Source: Candidatus Aenigmatarchaeota archaeon (GTDB lineage Archaea > Aenigmatarchaeota > Aenigmatarchaeia > CG10238-14 > SpSt-28). Taken from it: a stretch of 64,000 bases of DNA. Numbering within the stretch: the first letter of the stretch is position 1; each line of letters opens with the position of its first letter. Under the pieces are notes generated by a model. It did no database searches. It saw only the letters and a list, made by a program, of their open reading frames with translations, and was not told where the DNA came from. Positions 58,814 through 64,000 of the stretch are shown here, in pieces. The stretch lies in contig JAWBAK010000002.1 of NCBI GenBank assembly GCA_038997165.1, positions 3,083-67,082 of the forward strand, written 5' to 3'. A program made the position numbers and the translations under genes.

Positions 58814-61348
58814 TTATCCTAATAGGCATGTATTCCAACCACATTCTAAGCAATTTAAACAATTTTCTCTAAAAACAATTAGATTACTCCCACAATTTGG
58901 GCATCTAAAAATTTTGTTTTCGATTTTTTTCGAAAAATCTTTTTCTTCTAATGATTTTACTTCTACACTAAACGATTTTAGCATTTCTAATGTTTTTTCA
59001 TTGTAAAAAATTTTTTTAATTGAATGTTTAAATTTATATACGGGTAATTTTGAACCTTCTCTAAATATTGTTATCCCTTTTAATCCTAGTTTATAAGCAA
59101 AATAAAATGCGTTTAAAATGTCTTTCCAAGAAGTTTCAAAAGGCATATTTATAGTTTTACTTATTCCATTATCAACCCAAAAACTAAATTCGTATTGAGC
59201 TCTTAAATGATCTTGCCAAGGAATTTCGTAAGCAGTAACAAAATATTCTTTCATATCATTTGGAATTTCCTCAATATTTTGAATGCTTCCACTTTCTGAA
59301 ATTTTTTTAATTATTTCTTCTTTATATAATCCTCTTTCTTTTAATTGAATTTCTAATTCATAATCAACATAATAAAACTTTCCTATACTAATTTCCTTTT
59401 CAAAAACTAAAGCAAATTGTGGTTCAATACTAGCTGAAGTATCTGCAATCATAGAAACAGTGCCAGTAGGTGCAATACTAATTAATGCAACATTTCTAAT
59501 TCCATTTTTTACTTTTTCTTTTATTTCATTCCAGTTATAATATGTTTTTTCTAATTCATATACACCTCTAAATCCTAAAAATCCTTTAGAATGTAAGCTT
59601 TTTTCAAATTCTGGATAACTTCCTCTTTTTTCTGCTAACTCAATAGAAGTTAAAGTAGCGTAATAAGCTAAAGTTTCTGCAATTTTTCTCATAAATTCAA
59701 AACTTTCTTCGCTATTGTATCTAATTTTTAATGCAAACAAAGTTTCAGCTAATCCCATTATTCCCAAACCAATTCTTCTTAGTTTTTTTGTTTTCTCTTC
59801 AATTTCCTTTAAAGGAAAAATGTTTACATCGATAACATTATCTAAAAATCTAGTCGCAATTTTAATTGTTTGAACAAATTCATTCCAATCAAAATAAGTT
59901 TTATCATTTTCTCTTCTAATAAACGCATATAAATTTATTGAACCTAAATTGCAACTTTCATAAGGATATTGTGGAACTTCTCCACAAGGATTTGTTGCTC
60001 TAATTAATCCATAGGATTTTTTCATCACATTATACTTATTAATGTTTTCTAAAAAAAGTACTCCAGGCTCCGCAGAATTCCATGCATTTTTTGCAATTTC
60101 AATAAATAAATCTCTTGCATTAATTTTTTTCCAAATTTTTCCATCTCTAGGATTAATTAATTCAAACTCTTCATTATTTTCAAAAGCTTTAATAAATTTT
60201 TCATTAATTAAAACAGAAATATTAAAGTTTTCTAAAAAACCTTCTTTATTTTTTGAAGAAATAAATTTTTCTATATCTGGATGCCATATTTCTAAAATTC
60301 CCATATTTGCTCCTCTTCTTTTTCCACCACTTTTAATTACATTTGTTAAAGTATCTATTAATTGCATAAAAGAAATTGGTCCGCTTGCATTTCCATAAGT
60401 ACTTTTAATAATATCACCTTCTGGCCTAATTTTTGAATAATTTACTCCTACTCCTCCACCACTTTTAAAAATTAATGCAATATTTTTTGCTAAATTCATT
60501 ATACTTTCTATACTATCTTCAACGTCTAAAACAAAACAAGCACTTAACATTCCTAATTTAGTACCTGCATTGAATAATGTAGGAGAATTTGGGAAAAATT
60601 TTTTATATGCCATTAGATTAAAATATTCTAAAAAATTTTCGTAATATTTATCAAATTCTCCATTTTCTAACATTTTTAAAAATTCGCTCCAACTAACTTT
60701 CATCTTTTGTTTAGAGTTTAATTCGTCATACAAAGCTTTCATTCTTTCTAAATGATATTTATTCCAAAAAACTTTTTTTGCTAAAGAAATTTTTCCTTCA
60801 AAATTTTCTGCATTAAATTCTTCATATTCATGAACTTTTTGTTTACCATTTTTATCAAAAATCTTTTCATCGTATAATATATCAGGTATTACTATTAATG
60901 CAGCAACTCTTTCAAATAATTGTTTTGGTGTTTCAATTATTTTGCCATTTTCATCTCTTAATAAATATCTTGATGCAAGAACTCTTAAAGCATTAATGGA
61001 GAATCTTTTATCGATTTCATCTAAAAATTCTTTATTTAGTATCTTTTTCTTTTCTTCTCTTATTTTTTCTCTTTCTTTTCTATATAAAATAAAAGCTTTA
61101 GCAGTTTCATATAGATTATTTTCTATTAAAACTTGCTCAATAATGTCTTGAATTTCTTCTACGTGCGGATATTTATCTTTAAATTTTTGAGATATTTTGC
61201 TTAATACTTGGTTAAGTAAATTTTTTAATAAATTTTCTTCAAATTTATTACTTGCAATCAAAGCTTTTTTGATTGCATTTTCAATTTTTTCTATTTTAAA
61301 ATCTTGCAAATAATTTTCTCTTTTTATAACTTTTGAGGGTAAGTTCAT
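58814..61348 (-). CDS. nrdJ: class II (adenosylcobalamin-dependent) ribonucleotide reductase with ATP cone
   Basis: N-terminal VIKR ATP cone, [25 protein letters not shown]-terminal CPNC...CLEC. Confidence 0.93.
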   Translation of the reverse strand: MNLPSKVIKRENYLQDFKIEKIENAIKKALIASNKFEENLLKNLLNQVLSKISQKFKDKYPHVEEIQDIIEQVLIENNLYETAKAFILYRKEREKIREEKKKILNKEFLDEIDKRFSINALRVLASRYLLRDENGKIIETPKQLFERVAALIVIPDILYDEKIFDKNGKQKVHEYEEFNAENFEGKISLAKKVFWNKYHLERMKALYDELNSKQKMKVSWSEFLKMLENGEFDKYYENFLEYFNLMAYKKFFPNSPTLFNAGTKLGMLSACFVLDVEDSIESIMNLAKNIALIFKSGGGVGVNYSKIRPEGDIIKSTYGNASGPISFMQLIDTLTNVIKSGGKRRGANMGILEIWHPDIEKFISSKNKEGFLENFNISVLINEKFIKAFENNEEFELINPRDGKIWKKINARDLFIEIAKNAWNSAEPGVLFLENINKYNVMKKSYGLIRATNPCGEVPQYPYESCNLGSINLYAFIRRENDKTYFDWNEFVQTIKIATRFLDNVIDVNIFPLKEIEEKTKKLRRIGLGIMGLAETLFALKIRYNSEESFEFMRKIAETLAYYATLTSIELAEKRGSYPEFEKSLHSKGFLGFRGVYELEKTYYNWNEIKEKVKNGIRNVALISIAPTGTVSMIADTSASIEPQFALVFEKEISIGKFYYVDYELEIQLKERGLYKEEIIKKISESGSIQNIEEIPNDMKEYFVTAYEIPWQDHLRAQYEFSFWVDNGISKTINMPFETSWKDILNAFYFAYKLGLKGITIFREGSKLPVYKFKHSIKKIFYNEKTLEMLKSFSVEVKSLEEKDFSKKIENKIFRCPNCGSNLIVFRENCLNCLECGWNTCLLG

Positions 61349-61372
61349 AAAAATAATTTTGATATTATTTTT

Positions 61373-61648
61373 ATGAATTCTATAATTGCTGTAAAAATGA
61401 AATTATATGGAAAAGTTCAAAAAGTAGGATTTAGATTCTTTTTATCTAAGCATGCAGAAAGATTAGGAATAAAAGGTTATGCAAAAAATTTAGAGGATGG
61501 TTCTTTAGAATGTCATTTTGAAGGTAATGAAGAAAAAGTTAGAGAAATAATAGAACTTGCAAAAAAAGGACCACCACTTGCAAAAGTTAAGAAATATGAA
61601 ATTTATAAAACTGATATAAAAAATTTTGAATCGTTTGAAATCTATTAA
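61373..61648 (+). CDS. acyP: acylphosphatase
   Basis: GKVQKVGFR, GYAKNLEDG, GPPLA. Confidence 0.93.
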   Translation: MNSIIAVKMKLYGKVQKVGFRFFLSKHAERLGIKGYAKNLEDGSLECHFEGNEEKVREIIELAKKGPPLAKVKKYEIYKTDIKNFESFEIY

Positions 61649-61656
61649 AAATTTAA

Positions 61657-63132
61657 ATGTTTACAATAAAAGAAAGAGATTTAGCGGGAAGAATCGGAAC
61701 TTTAAAATTAAAAAATGGAGAAAAAATAGAAACACCATATTTGTTTCCTGTAGTAAATTTTTTTCATTCAGAAGTTTCTTTAGACGATATAAAAAAAGCT
61801 GGATTCGATGCAATATTAGTTAATGCATACATCCTATTGAAGCACAATTTTGATAAAGAAATTCACGAATATACAAAATTTAAAAAAGTAATGAGCGATA
61901 GTGGAGCTTATCAGCTATTACAATATGGAGATATAGATGTTAGTAACGAAGAAATAATAGAATATCAAAAAAAGATAAATACAGATATTAGCGTTATATT
62001 AGATTATCCAACAGGTAAATTAAATTATGAAAATGCAAAATTTACTGTTGAAGAAACAATAAAAAGAGCTAAAGAGGCAAAAAATTTAATAGATGATAAA
62101 AGATTGTGGGTTTATCCAATTCAAGGAGGGAGTTTTGAAGATCTTTTAGAAAAAAGTATTATTGAGGGAATAAAATTGGATTATGATATTTATGCAATTG
62201 GAAGTCCAACAGTATTAATGACTGAATATAAATATGAAGAATTGTTTAAAATAATTTTAAAAGTAAAATCATTATTACCATTTAATAAGCCTGCTCATTT
62301 ATTTGGTGCTGGTCATGCGCATTTAATTCCGTTTGCAGTAGCTATGGGAATTGATTTATTTGATAGTGCTAGTTATATTCTATTTGCAAGAGATTTAAGA
62401 TATATGAGTTTTAATAGAACTTATGATTTTAATGAATTAAAATTTTTGCCATGCAATTGTGAAGTTTGTAGAAAATATTCTATAGAAGAATTAAGAGAAA
62501 TTAATAAAAATGAATTAATAAGATTGTTAGCAATTCATAATTTATACGTTATTAAAAAAGAATTGGAAAATACAAAGCAAGCAATAATAGAGGGAAGATT
62601 ATGGGAATATTTAAGAGAAAAATCTTTTTCTCATCCATCGCTATATAAGGCATTTAGAATTTTTGAAAATTATAAAAAATATTTTACGGAACATTCGAAT
62701 TTTTTTAAAATTTTTCAAAAAGCAATTTTTCTTTACGATTCATTTGATTTAAATAACCCAAAAGTTATTATTGTTAGAGAAAAGTTAAAAGAAATGAACA
62801 AAGATACTAAAGAAAAAATTCTATTATTTCCGTATTTGGTTTGGAAGAAAAATGAAAATATTTTTCTGAAATTTAAAGAAAAATATAAGAATTTTGAAAT
62901 ATATTTCTATTGTCCATATTTTGGAATATTTAAATATAGCTTAAGATTTACTTATCCATTCTTTCAAAGCGAAATGAGCGAAATTTATGACGAAAAACTT
63001 TTTCAAGATTTAAGCAATGAAATAAATTCTTTCTTAGAAAATAGAAAAATAAAGCAAGCTATTATAGTAATTCCGAAAGGTTATGTATTAAAAATAAAGT
63101 CGAGAGATAATTTATTAAAGATTTTCGTCTAA
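61657..63132 (+). CDS. tgtA: archaeosine tRNA-guanine(15) transglycosylase lacking PUA domain
   Basis: DLAGRIG, ETP, SDSGAYQ, HLFGAGH, DLFDSASY, C.C..C...H zinc site. Confidence 0.93.
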   Translation: MFTIKERDLAGRIGTLKLKNGEKIETPYLFPVVNFFHSEVSLDDIKKAGFDAILVNAYILLKHNFDKEIHEYTKFKKVMSDSGAYQLLQYGDIDVSNEEIIEYQKKINTDISVILDYPTGKLNYENAKFTVEETIKRAKEAKNLIDDKRLWVYPIQGGSFEDLLEKSIIEGIKLDYDIYAIGSPTVLMTEYKYEELFKIILKVKSLLPFNKPAHLFGAGHAHLIPFAVAMGIDLFDSASYILFARDLRYMSFNRTYDFNELKFLPCNCEVCRKYSIEELREINKNELIRLLAIHNLYVIKKELENTKQAIIEGRLWEYLREKSFSHPSLYKAFRIFENYKKYFTEHSNFFKIFQKAIFLYDSFDLNNPKVIIVREKLKEMNKDTKEKILLFPYLVWKKNENIFLKFKEKYKNFEIYFYCPYFGIFKYSLRFTYPFFQSEMSEIYDEKLFQDLSNEINSFLENRKIKQAIIVIPKGYVLKIKSRDNLLKIFV

Positions 63133-63138
63133 ATTTAT

Positions 63139-64000
63139 ATGGTATCGATGCTAGAAAATGTAATAAAAATATATAAAAGAGGAATAGAATTAAATAATTA
63201 TCCAAAAGAATTTGAAGACCTTATACTAAAACCTCAAAGAATTCTAAAAGTTTCTTTGCCTATAAAAACGTCAAAAGGATTAAAAGTTTTTGAAGCATAC
63301 AGAGTTCAACATAATAATTTTTTAGGACCATATAAAGGAGGAATTAGATATTATGAAAATGTTACATTAGAAGATGATATTGCTTTAGCAATGATAATGA
63401 CACTAAAAAATAGTTTAAATAATTTACCATATGGAGGAGCAAAGGGTGCAATAAAAGTTAATCCAAAAGAATTAAGTATCGAAGAGTTAGAAAAGCTAAG
63501 TAGAGAATATATAAGAGCAATTAGTATAATAATAGGAAAAGAAATAGATATTCCAGCTCCAGATTTAGGAACAAGTTCTCAAATAATGGCTTGGATGATA
63601 GATGAACTATCTAAAATAGAAGGTTTCAATTCATTCGCTACAATAACTTCTAAACCATTAGAATTATTTGGAAATCCAATAAGAGAATATGCTACAGGTT
63701 ATGGAGTAGCCTTTATTTCTAAATTAATTGGAGAAAAAATCTTAGATGGTATAGAAAATAAAAGAATTTCGATTCAAGGATTTGGAAATGTTGGTAAATG
63801 GAGTGCATATTGGTTAGAAAAGTTCGGTGCTAAAATTGTTGCCATTTCAGATTCTTCAGGAACAATATATAATGAAAATGGTTTAAATATAGAAGAGGTT
63901 GAAAAAATAAAAATGAAAACAAATAAAGTAATAGAATATAAAGATTGTAAAAAAATAGAGGATCCAAATTATTCTTTGTATGTTGATTGTGATATATTAA
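63139..64000 (+). CDS. gdhA: Glu/Leu/Phe/Val (glutamate) dehydrogenase, truncated by window end
   Basis: RVQHNNFLGPYKGGIRY, LPYGGAKG, DIPAPD, ATGYG, QGFGNVG. Confidence 0.93.
   Translation, partial: MVSMLENVIKIYKRGIELNNYPKEFEDLILKPQRILKVSLPIKTSKGLKVFEAYRVQHNNFLGPYKGGIRYYENVTLEDDIALAMIMTLKNSLNNLPYGGAKGAIKVNPKELSIEELEKLSREYIRAISIIIGKEIDIPAPDLGTSSQIMAWMIDELSKIEGFNSFATITSKPLELFGNPIREYATGYGVAFISKLIGEKILDGIENKRISIQGFGNVGKWSAYWLEKFGAKIVAISDSSGTIYNENGLNIEEVEKIKMKTNKVIEYKDCKKIEDPNYSLYVDCDIL

Noticed and set aside
2239..61823. Many short antisense or overlapping ORFs in the track (e.g. 2239, 3329, 3418, 11816, 40208, 48907, 60042, 61626)
   Set aside because: Shadow frames of well-supported genes with F/S/I-biased composition
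1..64000. Integrase, transposase, provirus, rRNA or alternative genetic code
   Set aside because: No recognisable motifs; housekeeping genes read through intact with standard stops

Overview
Very AT-rich, gene-dense archaeal chromosome segment, most likely a DPANN archaeon. This assignment is inferred from the fused PriS-PriL primase, the epsilon2-type tRNA splicing endonuclease and the scattered ribosomal protein genes. Housekeeping content: ValRS, GlyRS, TyrRS, AlaRS, aIF2alpha, aIF5B, Orc1/Cdc6, FtsZ, SepF, thermosome, class II RNR, arcTGT, deoxyhypusine synthase, partial GDH and five tRNAs (Thr, intron-containing Tyr, Lys, Ser, Leu). The most notable regions are: (1) 28.2-37.2 kb, a type IV pilus/T2SS-like locus with seven tandem 41-63 aa micro-pilin-like ORFs (five missing from the ORF track), a GspF/TadC-like platform protein, a 901-aa protein with a Gly-rich hydrophobic C-terminus and six more pilin-like proteins, none with a canonical K-[GA] class III cleavage site; (2) 24.9-27.25 kb, two winged-helix genes followed by about 1.4 kb of non-coding DNA with three repeat families, palindromes and an AT-rich core, a candidate origin or partition locus; (3) two tandem unannotated box C/D sRNAs at 14.9-15.0 kb, one complementary to the conserved 16S GGAUUAGAUA motif; (4) a putative donor-strand filament locus at 8.2-10.7 kb. 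Smaller oddities include a poly-T frameshifted gene, a back-to-back junction of two headless gene fragments, and a pilin-DUF2341-RCC1 adhesin. All calls come from reading the sequence by eye; no searches were run.
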